A DNA stretch of 64,000 nucleotides, from the NCBI GenBank assembly GCA_951406725.2, contig OX597816.1:133052001-133116000 (forward strand). Direction: 5' to 3'. A model generated the notes under the pieces. That model was not told where the DNA came from, ran no database searches, and was given only the letters and a program-made list of their open reading frames with translations. Position 1 is the first letter of the stretch. The number at the start of each line of letters is the position of its first letter. Shown here one piece after another: positions 53,146 to 64,000 of this stretch. This DNA is from Octopus vulgaris. Taxonomy: Eukaryota. The position numbers were made by a program, and so were the translations under genes.

Positions 53146-53486
53146 ATGTGTGTGTGTGCATGCGTACATGCATGTGTGTTTGTGTAAATAGGGAACAGCT
53201 TACCTTTTAAATACATTACATTAAAAACATTGTTATCAGGGCAAAGGGTCTATGTATGCAATGTATGCAATGTATACACTGTGTGCCTTTCCCACGATAA
53301 AAATTTTTTGTGTAAGTATAATTGATTATTGATAATTTTCATTAGATTCATTGTAGTCATATTTAATTTTATTTCACATTCCTTCATTTCTTAGTATAAA
53401 GTTGTCAACAGAAACATAAGGAAGAGAAAGCAAATTTTTTACTGATTGCTTTCAGTCATAGTAAGAGTGGTGATGCTATTTTCTTT

Positions 53487-53673
53487 GTAGGAGATTCCAA
53501 AGTCGTCTGGAGGCCGTGGATGAGGCTAATGGCGATTTTATTGAATAAATTTACTCTTCAGTATTTCAAGATATTTTTATGTAATTTTGATAAATATATC
53601 TGCTAAAATGAGATGTAAGTGCTATTTTCATTTTTGCATAATTTAGACGACGGTTTATTTACTGCACCCTGTA
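53487..53673 (+). mobile_element. 3' end and TIR of the DD37D family
   Basis: Matches 15495-15579 and ends ...GCACCCTG|TA. Confidence 0.75.
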
Positions 53674-54308
53674 TATGCAACTTTGGTACCGTGTAGTGTT
53701 TTCAAGAAATGGTCAATACATTTCTTTGATAAAAGAAGAAAAATTTTCCTTTTTGTCTCTTTGTCAAGAATATTTTTGTTCTAATAACATATCTTCCAGC
53801 ACATCTCATTTGCTATTTTTCTGATGTATCCTAAAATTTTACCATTTCCTTGATCTTTGAGAGAAATCTCCATATTGGATATGTATCTTGTCTATTGATT
53901 AATTATTGATGGCAATCACTCCTGATATTACTATTAAGAGACACTACAAAAAAGAAAAATGCTCGCTCAAAACCAAACAGATATTCAAATATTATCAAAG
54001 GACAAATATCTATGTATTGATTCTTTTCTTTCTTTTCTCTGTAGCAATAATGACTGAGTGAAATGTATTATAATGATGGTTACAGGTAGTTCCTGCACTC
54101 ACTCTTCCAATATCTGAGCAGAAGGACAAAAGTCTGGGTTTTCGGGTCTCTGATTCTTCCTGTCTCATCCTACAGTTGTGAGACTTGGACATTGTCCAGG
54201 GCCTCTAGGCAAAGGTTAAGTTACCTTCTCAAGTCATACTAACTCATAAAGGCTGGTTTCCCAGTTTCATGGTGTATATATTCTCCGCCTGGATGGGAAG
54301 CCAGCCCG

Positions 54309-55407
54309 TCAAGCTTCAAGCACATAGTTTCCATCCGGATATTGTACGATGGGTTGGTGCCTTCCTCTCAGATCACTTGTTTTAAGTCCAAGTTAATGGT
54401 TCGCTGTCCGACGTCTCCAGTGCGAGCAGTGGCATGCCTCAAGGTTCAGTGCTTGGGCCCTTATTGTTCTTAGTCTTCATAAATGACTTACCCGACGACC
54501 TCACACAACACACCCTTCTATTTGACGATGATGTTAAACTGGTCACTCCTCGTGGTGATATAGATGATCTTCGTCGATACCTCCACCAAGTTTGGAGATG
54601 GTCTAACGAATGGGATCTGTGCTTGAACGTGTCAAAGTGCTGTCATCTGCCTGTTGGCTCTTCTCCTGCAACTCAACTTGATTTCAAGCTGGGTTATCTG
54701 CTGTTGGAGAGGACCGACCAGGTAAAGGACCTGGGTATCTTGGTGGATTCTTCCTTTTCGCCTTTGGCCCAGTGCGTCCATGCTGCCAACAAAGCACGCG
54801 GAGTTCTGTTTTTGATTCGACAGTCATTCGGAATGCTCACAGCAGCCATATTCCTACCGCGCTATGTCACGCTGGTGAGACCCATATTGGAGTATGGGAT
54901 TCAAGCCTCTTCTCCTTATCTCCTCAAAGACATATATCATCTTGAAAGAGTCCAGAAGCTGGCTACCCGCATGGTTTTTTGGTCTCAAGCATTTGTCTTA
55001 TGAAGAAAGACTGAAGACGCTCGACCTTTATTCTCTAGAAAAATGACAACGCCATGGTGATCTCATTCTTGCTCACAACATCATAAGCGGAAAGTGTAAC
55101 CTCTCGAAAGAGCTGTTCTTCACTCCTGCTCCAGAGCATTGGCTGCGGGGTCACTCCAAAAAGCTCTATCTGCGACGATTTCATCTCAATCGAAGGAGAG
55201 GGGCTTTCTCTGTCCGGGTTGCGGATCCATGGAATAAGCTGCCGGACGAGATAGTGAAGATGCCGACGACCGCTCGGTTCAAGGTCTCTCTTGACCAGGA
55301 ATGGCCTGAACTCTTTGCATGAACACCACCCTGTACATAACTCCATGTTCCCCTACATGACCTTACTTTTTGCTTTTTGAGCCAAAAAATTAACTTAACT
55401 TAACTTA
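54309..55407 (+). mobile_element. Second 5'-truncated CR1-group LINE copy
   Basis: Collinear and highly similar to 16029-17128; MPQGSVLGPLLF, LFDDDVK; (ACTTA)n tail; splits a family D SINE. Confidence 0.92.
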
Positions 55408-55499
55408 CTCATTTTTACCAGCTGAGTGAACTGGAGCAATGTAAAATGAAGTGTTTTGCTCAAGAACACAATATGTCAAAACCACACTCAAACCACTTA

Positions 55500-55890
55500 T
55501 CCACGTTTCTCCACTGGGCCCTTGAGGGCCACCTGAACTCCATTGATAAAAAGACACTTCACAGGTTTATGGGCTACCATTGGCCAAATTTTGTATCCAA
55601 CCAATGACCTTATGCAAAAACTGGAATGCATCCTGTTCACTTGTATGATTCATGAGCATTGGCTTAGACTGTTTGATCATACTTAGACTGTTTGATCCCC
55701 TTTTTAGAGGATCTGGTTGGGGTGATGACTCATGTCGATCAGCCACATGTCTCATGGTCACAGCAGATGAGGAAGTATCTTACGGAGATGGGAACTGACT
55801 ATGACACTGTTCAGAAGGTTGCTCAAGATGTCCTGAGCAAATACTGACAAATGATGGATGCAGCAATGTGCTTCAACCCTGCATACCTGA
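55500..55890 (+). mobile_element. Decayed RTE-type LINE 3' end (different family)
   Basis: LHRFMGYHWPNFVSNQ...TCMIHEHWLRLFDH...PHVSWSQQM. Confidence 0.55.
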
Positions 55891-56945
55891 CCTCTCGGGT
55901 TCTCAGGTAGTTAATGTCACTTAGTAGTTTAAAAGCATGAAGCCGTCTGTCTTTTTATAAATCAGTAAGATCCAGGATGTTAATTTCATTCTCTGTTGTA
56001 TAAGGTATGTCAGATAAAATCTGTCACTAGATATGATGTTATTCTACCACAAGTTGCCTAAAATTTATTAATTTGTTTTCCACACAGAAAGATGAACTGA
56101 AATGTTTACAATTAACTGTATTTCCCAGAGCTTCAATGAAATAACTAGTTAATTTAAACTTAAAATTCAAAAGTTTGTAGTCCAGTACCTTATCCATTAT
56201 ATTATTTTATGTCTATTTAAAAAACTTTTTTTGCCAGAGTTTTTTCCCAAACCTCTGATTATAGACAGGATTATATAATTAGAGGCCTGAGGAGGTCAGT
56301 TATTTTGCAGCCAACAAGCATGATGCTAACTGTCCTTTGATTCTGGTATTATGCAATATTTTTAAATATTTCAGGTTAAGATTACTTCACATTGAGACTA
56401 GAGAAATGTGTATGTAAGACATTTTTGCCTCATTAACCATGCTATGCTTTATGTAATTTTTTGTCTGGGTGTATATACTTGATTGTATATATGCATGTAT
56501 GTCTGTAGTCTATCTGTCTGTATGCATGTATGCCTATAGCTATGTATTTATATGTGTATTTATGTACATGTGTATTTATAAATGAATGTATATATGCTGA
56601 CACACATGTATGTATATGTATGTATGCATATATGTAGGCATATATGTAGACATGTATGTGTATTTATATGTGTGCCTGTGTTTTTTTTACACATGCCAAT
56701 ACATTATGTTTATCATATATGAAGTAAACATGATTACATGTTCAGACCTAAAGGGTTTTGTTGAGTGGCACATGTGGTTAACTTTACCAATCAGCAGATT
56801 GAGAATGAGCTTATCAATCATACTGCTGTCTAATTAAGTGTAAGACCACTTTAGCTTACATGTGACATATATACTATTATACCACATTCAACACACATCT
56901 AAAACAAGGATTATGCGTTTTTACCAGAAACTAAATATAAACAAT

Positions 56946-58190
56946 ATTAGGTTGGAAAGAAATTCCTGCTGCATCTCAAGATGGGAAAAAGACTAATGCT
57001 TCTTTGATCTTAATTCATATATTTAACCAAGATAATATTTCTCCACACTATTGATAATATAATCCCATCTATTTGGCAAATTATTGATCCCCCCCCCCAG
57101 TTGTAAAATTATTCAGGTTTCAAAGTGCAGAAATACTCAATATCATTTTTAACCTCTTCACAATTAATAAACTGTTTTCTCTCAAAATAATTTTGCAATG
57201 ATCTGTAAAGATGATAGGGAGATGGAATAAGGTCAGGAGAGTAAGGAGGGTGAATCAAAATCTTCTATATTTAGTACTATAATCTTTTCCTGAGTAACTT
57301 GGATAATATATGGTCTTGCATTATCATGTGAGAGCAACATTCCTTTACAAATGACTAATGATGGACACTCTTTCTACAAATCATTGGGCAATACTTTCAG
57401 CTGACAACTGTAGTTCTCAACATTAACCATTATTAGAAAATTGCTATTTTTAAATTTCACAACAAGAGATATTCAGCAACAGTACTTTGTAGTAAAGATC
57501 GTTTACCAACATAACATGGCAGTCCTGGTTTAGGATGAATGTTGCTGTAATTTAGCCCCAGGAGGGTGAAGGTGCTAGATTCCCTTGTTCAAAAATATAA
57601 GGACACAGATCGTGTCGTATAATCAGCTGGAGACAATGTCTCCTAGGGCTAAATTACAGCAACATTCATCCTAAACCAGGACTGCCATGTTCATCATCAT
57701 CATCATTTAGCGTCCGCTTTCCATGCTAGCATGAGTTGGACAGTTCATGTTATGTTGGCAAATAATCTTTACTATTAACCATTATGTTTTGGTTTAACAC
57801 GTCACAATAGATGACATCCTTTATATTCCACCAAACACAAAGCATAACTTTTTTCATGTGTTTCCTGGTTTGGGGATGGATTCTCTTTTGTCATTCGATG
57901 CTAACCATTGTTGTTTTTGTTGGATATGACTACAGAGGATCTATTTTTCCTAGTTTGTGATGTTTCTACCCAGGAAAGATTCGGTAACAAGTCTGCTCTT
58001 CAATGACAAGCAAAGTGCAACTCATTGATTAAGCTCAGAATCAATCAGATGATGAGAGACCTGCTGATTAAGTTTATACATTTTCTCTTTGATATATAAG
58101 TTCTCTTTGATACAACAATTGAAATTCTTATTAATTGAAAAACAAGTGTTGTGTATGAAATTCTGAGACATTATTATACATTGATATGCT
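56946..58190 (-). mobile_element. Decayed mariner with nested insertions
   Basis: Minus strand LLSHDNARP and LIHPPYSPDLIPSPYHLYRSLQNYF; left end TATTAGGTTGG. Confidence 0.75.
57490..57774. mobile_element. MITE with ~75-bp TIRs; right TIR interrupted by a family C stub
   Basis: TAGTAAAGAT...AACATGGCAGTCCTGGTTTAGGATGAATGTTGCTGTAATTTAGCCC and its reverse complement. Confidence 0.85.
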
Positions 58191-59447
58191 TATATTAGTG
58201 TCATCATCATTTTATGTCTGTTTTTCCATGCTGGCATGGGTTAGACGTTTTGACAGGAGCTGGCAAGCTAGAGAGCTGCACCAGCATCCATTTGTCTGTT
58301 CTAGCATGGTTTCTATGGCTTGATGCCCTTCCTAATGCAAAACCATTTTTACAGAGTGTACTGAGTGCTTTTATGTGGCACCAGTACAGGTACTTTCTGT
58401 GTGGCATGAGTAGCTTGCAAGACAAAAACCTCTCAGCTGGGAGAGAGAATGGAACTGAGAAAAGTGACTGTGAGCCAGATGAGTGGTTGGAGTATAACAG
58501 AGGGACAGAGGTGTCATCGCACATGAAGAAGGTCAGAGAGTATAATGGTTAAAAAGTTGTAACTATAACAACAAAAATAAGAACACTAATCTGAATTCAT
58601 CAGTTTGCAAAAGAAAATGCTATATTTTTGCTGTCATGTGCAGTTAAGACAAGTGCAGTTGATATTAAATAGAAGTGCAGTTAATATCTTTGATGCAACA
58701 TATATTACATATACCATTACATGGAAAAGATGACATTTAACTCTAGTGCCTTGTCGTAGTTGCAGAAAATGTTTTACAATGTTTAATACAATTCTTAGGT
58801 GTACTTGATGATCTTCCCTTTATCTTTTCTTACTTTCTTTTTGTTTTTTCTTTTGATACTTTTTCTTTTTCATTAACAACCACATCAAGAATATTCTGTT
58901 GACCTAATGCATCCTCCAGCAAAACTTACTTGCTTTTTTTCAGATATAGTTCCAATATTTCTCTGTTTTCAGTTTTCCAAAGAAATGTCTATATTGGATG
59001 TGTGTGTCCTGTCTATTGATTAAATATTGATGGTAATGGATAAATGGACTCCAGATATTGCTATTAGAAAACACTAAAAGAAAAAAAAAATGCTCAAAAC
59101 CAAACAGATAATTCAAATATTATCTTTTTCTTTTTCTATATTGATAAAGACTGAGTGAAAAATGCAGAATAATAGTCTATTATAGAAATCTATATCAGAA
59201 CTTGTACCTCAGTCCATGGTGAGTAAATCAGTACAATAGAACAATTAGTTTATCTCTGTCCAGTTGATAATAAATTAACTGATCCTTCTCTTTATTGTAT
59301 TCTCTCAGGCAATTAAAATAAAACGTTTTGTTCTTCAGCAGATTGATATCCTGTTGGTCTTCAAAACTATCCTATTTCATTTGTTGCTGGTCAAATAAAT
59401 CTCTGTGGTTGATTTATAGTAGTCACATGATTTATTTTTTTGCATAG

Positions 59448-59489
<42 letters not shown>

Positions 59490-59570
59490 GATGTATTTGT
59501 ATGTTTGTGCATGTAAGCATGTAAATGAAGGTGTTTATGCATCCCTTGTATGTGTATTTTTAAATTTATA

Positions 59571-59629
<59 letters not shown>

Positions 59630-59792
59630 GTCTGTTAATGAGTAGAAAAGGCAGAGCCCATAATTTTTTATAGGGCTTCCAAGCCTGATGGGAGGGAGGA
59701 AAGATGCTATATCAAAATGCACACCTAGCCTAAATGTTTGTAACAGAGTCGACTCTGCTAATGGCTCCAAGGCTGCCTGGTGATGATGTTAA

Positions 59793-60274
59793 CCCTTTAG
59801 CATTCAGATCACTTTGTCAAATGTAATATATAATGATAGTTACTCAGGCTCAAGAAAGACAGTCTTGCAATTTCTTGCTGAAAACCTGTGCAAATGATTT
59901 GTTTATAATGATTGAGTGTTTATGCTACACATTAGCTCACTTCTTCCATCAGATGTCTAATTCATTGCAGAGCAACATGAGACAAAGTGTTTTGATCAAG
60001 AACACAATGAACCACCCAGTCAAGGAACTGAAACCATGATCTTATGATCATGAGTGCAACACCTTAACCACTAGGGCACATACCCTCATTCTGTCTAATG
60101 TCAAATTTATCTATTCACATTGTTTTGAATTAATGAAGGCTTATCGCATAGCTTTGAGATTTTAATGATGTGGTTGTTTATTTTAGAATGACATTGTCGG
60201 CCACATCTGACTGGTTTGAATACAAAACAGAAGGAATGTTTAGGCCAGATATGGTTGGTTTAAATGCTAAAGGG
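59793..60274. mobile_element. piggyBac-type MITE (TTAA target) containing a SINE D insertion
   Basis: TTAA|CCCTTTAGCATT...AATGCTAAAGGG|TTTAA. Confidence 0.75.
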
Positions 60275-60772
60275 TTTAACCAGCACAGGTACTTTTATGT
60301 GGTATCAGCATGGGTGCTTCTTATGTGGCACCAGCACAGGTGCTTTTTGCATGGCACCAGCAGCTTGCAAGACAAAAACCTCTCAGCTGAGAGAGGGGTA
60401 GATCTGAGGAAAGTGGTTGTGTGCCAGATGAGTGATTGGAGTATAACAGAATGTTTAGACCAGATATGGCTGGTTTAAATTCTAAAGGGTTTAACTAGCC
60501 TCTGGATTAAGTCTTATGCTACAAGTATTGCACTAGCTATTTTATTGTCGGTGACATTAACTCATATCCGAGTAGTTAATCTGCAACAAGTAATTGATCC
60601 TCTTCAAGCTGGTAGGTGTGAAGGGTGCTGGTACCTGAGGTGTCTGTTTGAGCCAAGGGCAGTATAGAAGAGCCAGGGACATTTATTACAGGAGAGAGTT
60701 GGCAAGGAACAAGGAAGTGTGAACCACTCTTTGAGCCATTCTATAACTAAACTTTAAATCGATATCCTTTAA

Positions 60773-61310
60773 CCCTTTAGCATTCAGATTACTCTGACAA
60801 ATGTAACTGGCACTCCATTGGTTAAAAGCACCGAAGGTTCCAGTCGATCGGATCAACAGGACAGCCTGCTCATGAGATTAATGTGCAAGTGGTTGAGTAC
60901 TCCACAGACATGTGTACCCTTAATGTAGCTCTCAGAGAGATTCAGCATGACACAGAATGTGACAAGGCTGGTCCTTTGGAATACATGTACTACTCATTTT
61001 TGCCAGCTGAGTGGAATGTGAGATAAGTGTCTTGCTCAAGGACACAACACATTGCCAGGAATCGAACTCATGACCTTACAATTGTGTGCCAAATACTAAG
61101 CAACACTCCTTCACTTCTGACAAATATAGTGATTATCTATTCACATTCACATTGTTTTGTATCAATCATGTATCATTTCATAGATTTCAATGATGTTCTA
61201 TTCTTAGAATGACATTGTAGGTAGGTGCAAAAGGCTGGATCTGGTCAGTTTGAACATAAAACAAGTAGAATATGTTTTGAATGGATATGGCCAGTTTAAA
61301 TGCTAAAGGG
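60773..61310. mobile_element. Second piggyBac-type MITE containing a SINE D insertion
   Basis: TTAA|CCCTTTAGCATT...AATGCTAAAGGG|TTAA. Confidence 0.82.
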
Positions 61311-61489
61311 TTAAGTACTTCCAATTGTTGGATGCAGTTAGCCCTTCAGTGACATGAAGATACCAGATACACCATGAGTGGTTATAAAATTAAAACAGAT
61401 ATATTTCCCTTGAGCTATGGTCCAATCCTTCTCCATATGCTATAAATTATATTGCAAATATTGAACCATGGCAGCATCTTTTTATTGCC

Positions 61490-61532
<43 letters not shown>

Positions 61533-62186
61533 GTTTCCTCACTAATCTTATTTATAGCTAGCCAGTTAAGCAATGACTTTCAGACAACTGTTCCTCTAAA
61601 ACAACACAAATAAACAAAACAAAAAAATTCCAGATTCTTTATTGTGTTTCTCCTCTGTATTGATTTACTCCACTCACATACACTTACTGTCACCACCACC
61701 AACCCTTCCCCACATACATTACCATCACCTCCACTGCACCACCATGGCTGCCACCAACATGACAACAACGACGATGACGATGACGATGACGACGACGACC
61801 ACCACCACCACCACCAACACTATGCTAAGTAACACTTTAATTTTCCTAACAGACAAACCAGAAACTATTTTTATTGGTGGTTTTGTAATCTCTGATCTTA
61901 TTTTATTAAACAAAACAACAATTTTGTTGCCGTCATTGTTGTCGTCATCACTATTGCTATCGTCATCACCACCACCAATACCACTACTGCCATTGCACCA
62001 TCATCTTCTTTATCATCTTTTCTCACATCAACATCATCACCAGTATCACCAATGAGTCAATGAGAGAACCTTATTGCAGTTGCTTGACCTGCAAGAAATA
62101 GCAGTGAATTCTTCCTCAAATTGTACTTTACAGTCTTGAAAAAGAAAGGGGTGAGCACATTGAATAACTTAATCTCAAATACACCT

Positions 62187-63142
62187 CTTCTTTTACCTGT
62201 TTCAGTTATTTCACTATAGCCATGCTAGAAAACTGCCATACGGGGTTTTAGATGAAGAATTTGACCCAGGACTTATTCGTTGTAAGCCTAGTACTTATTC
62301 TATCAGTTCTTTTTGCCAAACCACTAAGTTATGGGGTCATAAACACACCAACATCAATTGTCAAACGATGATTGGAAGGGGGTTCAAACACAAACACAAA
62401 GACACACATAAATACACACACACACACACACACACAATCAAAATAAGTAACAGGATGCCAAGTATTAGTGCAATACGACTATTTCAAGCAGCTCCATTTA
62501 ATTGAACAATGCAAGCATTACATCAATTCAAATATAGTGCCATCTTCAGTTGCAAGAAATATGGATGTTCAACAGACAAGATATATTAATATAATTTTTC
62601 TCAGATATTTTATCAGAGCTAGAGGATGAAAGAATTTCATGTTGCTACTATTGCAGCAAGAATAAGCTAAGAGAAGAACAACTACAATTTTTGGAGTGGC
62701 ATGGAATGAAACCCAGTGGGGGGGGGTCATAGGATTGTAATTCATTTCTAATTTTTTTATCTACTTTCTTATCATCAACAAAAGATCTAAGGCTAGTGGA
62801 CTACGTTTATTGAAAATCAAGAGCATTGTGAGTTGACAGTTCAGAACTAGTTGGTGGACATAAATAAATATTACTAAATGTTCCCCCTATTCCTTAATTT
62901 CTTACAGTCATAAGTACCCCTCATATGACAGGCTTCTCTCTCTCTCTCTCTCTCTCTTTCTATATATATATATATATCTATGACAGGCTTCTTTCAGTTT
63001 CCATCTACCAAATCCATTCACAAGGTTTTGGTCAGCCCAAGGCTATAGTAGACGACATTTGACCAAGGTGTCACACAGTGGAACTGAACTCAGAACCATG
63101 AGGTTGGGAAGCAAGTTTCTTGCCACACAGCCATACCTGCAC
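62187..63142 (-). mobile_element. SINE family A split by a hammerhead-bearing insert
   Basis: Tail 62187-62400, head 62980-63142. Confidence 0.75.
62469..62554 (-). ncRNA. Type-I hammerhead ribozyme motif (slightly decayed)
   Basis: Reverse complement: TGCAA CTGAAGA tggcac...gctgctt GAAAT AGTC GTA TTGCA; perfect 5-bp stem I, long imperfect stem II. Confidence 0.7.
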
Positions 63143-63300
63143 CTGAGTTCATAGCTGGAAAGTTCTAGGACTAAATAGTATCACAGCCACAACTTCTCCC
63201 ATAAACATCATCATCATTCACATTGTCGTCAACAAGACTTTCTTCTGTTTCATTCCCACAGTGTCCAGACAATTACATATTGCAAATTTTCTCTGTGTAT

Positions 63301-63365
<65 letters not shown>

Positions 63366-63780
63366 TGTGTGCATGCATGTGTGTGCATGCATGTGTGTGC
63401 ATGCATGTGTTTGCAGAATCAGTTGAGTGTTGAATAAAATGCGTTGCAATATTTGTTATGATCCTCTGTGTATTGACTTTGAATCTTACAGAGGTCAGTT
63501 TTACTTCTCATCCTTTCAGAATAGATAAAAAGAATAAAAACCACCAATCCAAGCAGAAAATTGGTAAAATTGTTAGAAGGTAAGTAAGATGTCTTGAGGA
63601 ATTTTTTCTAGTTCTTAGCATTCTGATAGCTACCAAGCTGCATAAACCCTAACTGGCAGCTTTTCGTTTGGTTAAACAGCAGTGTTGTGAAAAGGGGAGA
63701 CATGCATACATCAGCAACTGCCAGGCTTCTACAAAAGAACAAAATGAAATGAAAATAAAAATATTAGCCAGACCTGCACA

Positions 63781-63995
63781 TATGAGGGGATGCTGTAAAG
63801 TTCCTGGCTTCAAGGGTACCATGAAAGGCCTGGTTGGAGGCCCAAACTTCCGAGTTCTTTTACAGGACTTAGAAAAACTGAAGGGCCACTGCAATAAGTG
63901 TGTGAATCTGAGAGGGGAATATATTGAATAAAATCATAATTAACTGATCTTCCTGTATTTTTGTTTTCCTCAAAGCCAGGAATTTTTCAGCACAT
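63781..63995. mobile_element. Mariner-derived MITE
   Basis: TIRs TGCTGTAAAGTTCCTGGCTT / AAGCCAGGAATTTTTCAGCA; KCVNLRGEYIE* mariner C-terminus; same family as 6646. Confidence 0.8.
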
Positions 63996-64000
63996 GTTCG

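Overview
AT-rich, repeat-saturated animal non-coding DNA. The repeat families and the density of (TA)n/(CATA)n/(TAGA)n/(ATG)n tracts suggest an octopus genome; this is an inference from recalled repeat families. I found no host protein-coding exon, rRNA, tRNA or CRISPR array, and most listed ORFs are microsatellite artefacts. The window is a nested mosaic of decayed mobile DNA: tRNA-derived SINEs, two young CR1-type LINE copies, several RTE LINEs (one family with a PHD-like zinc finger inside its RT and a ~63-bp minisatellite in its 3' UTR), a HERO-like RLE retrotransposon remnant, Tc1/mariner relics (mariner, DD37D, DD41D, DD46D), and hAT- and piggyBac-type MITEs. The main signal is invisible in the ORF track: several sequence-distinct non-coding families carry minimal type-I hammerhead ribozyme motifs (CUGANGA-stem II-GAAAC-palindromic loop-GUH), typical of Penelope-like elements and non-LTR retrozymes, in tandem and inverted arrangements. 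The best case is a near-identical 546-bp hammerhead-bearing unit at 21011-22638, whose geometry fits twin-primed insertion of a multimeric or circular RNA.
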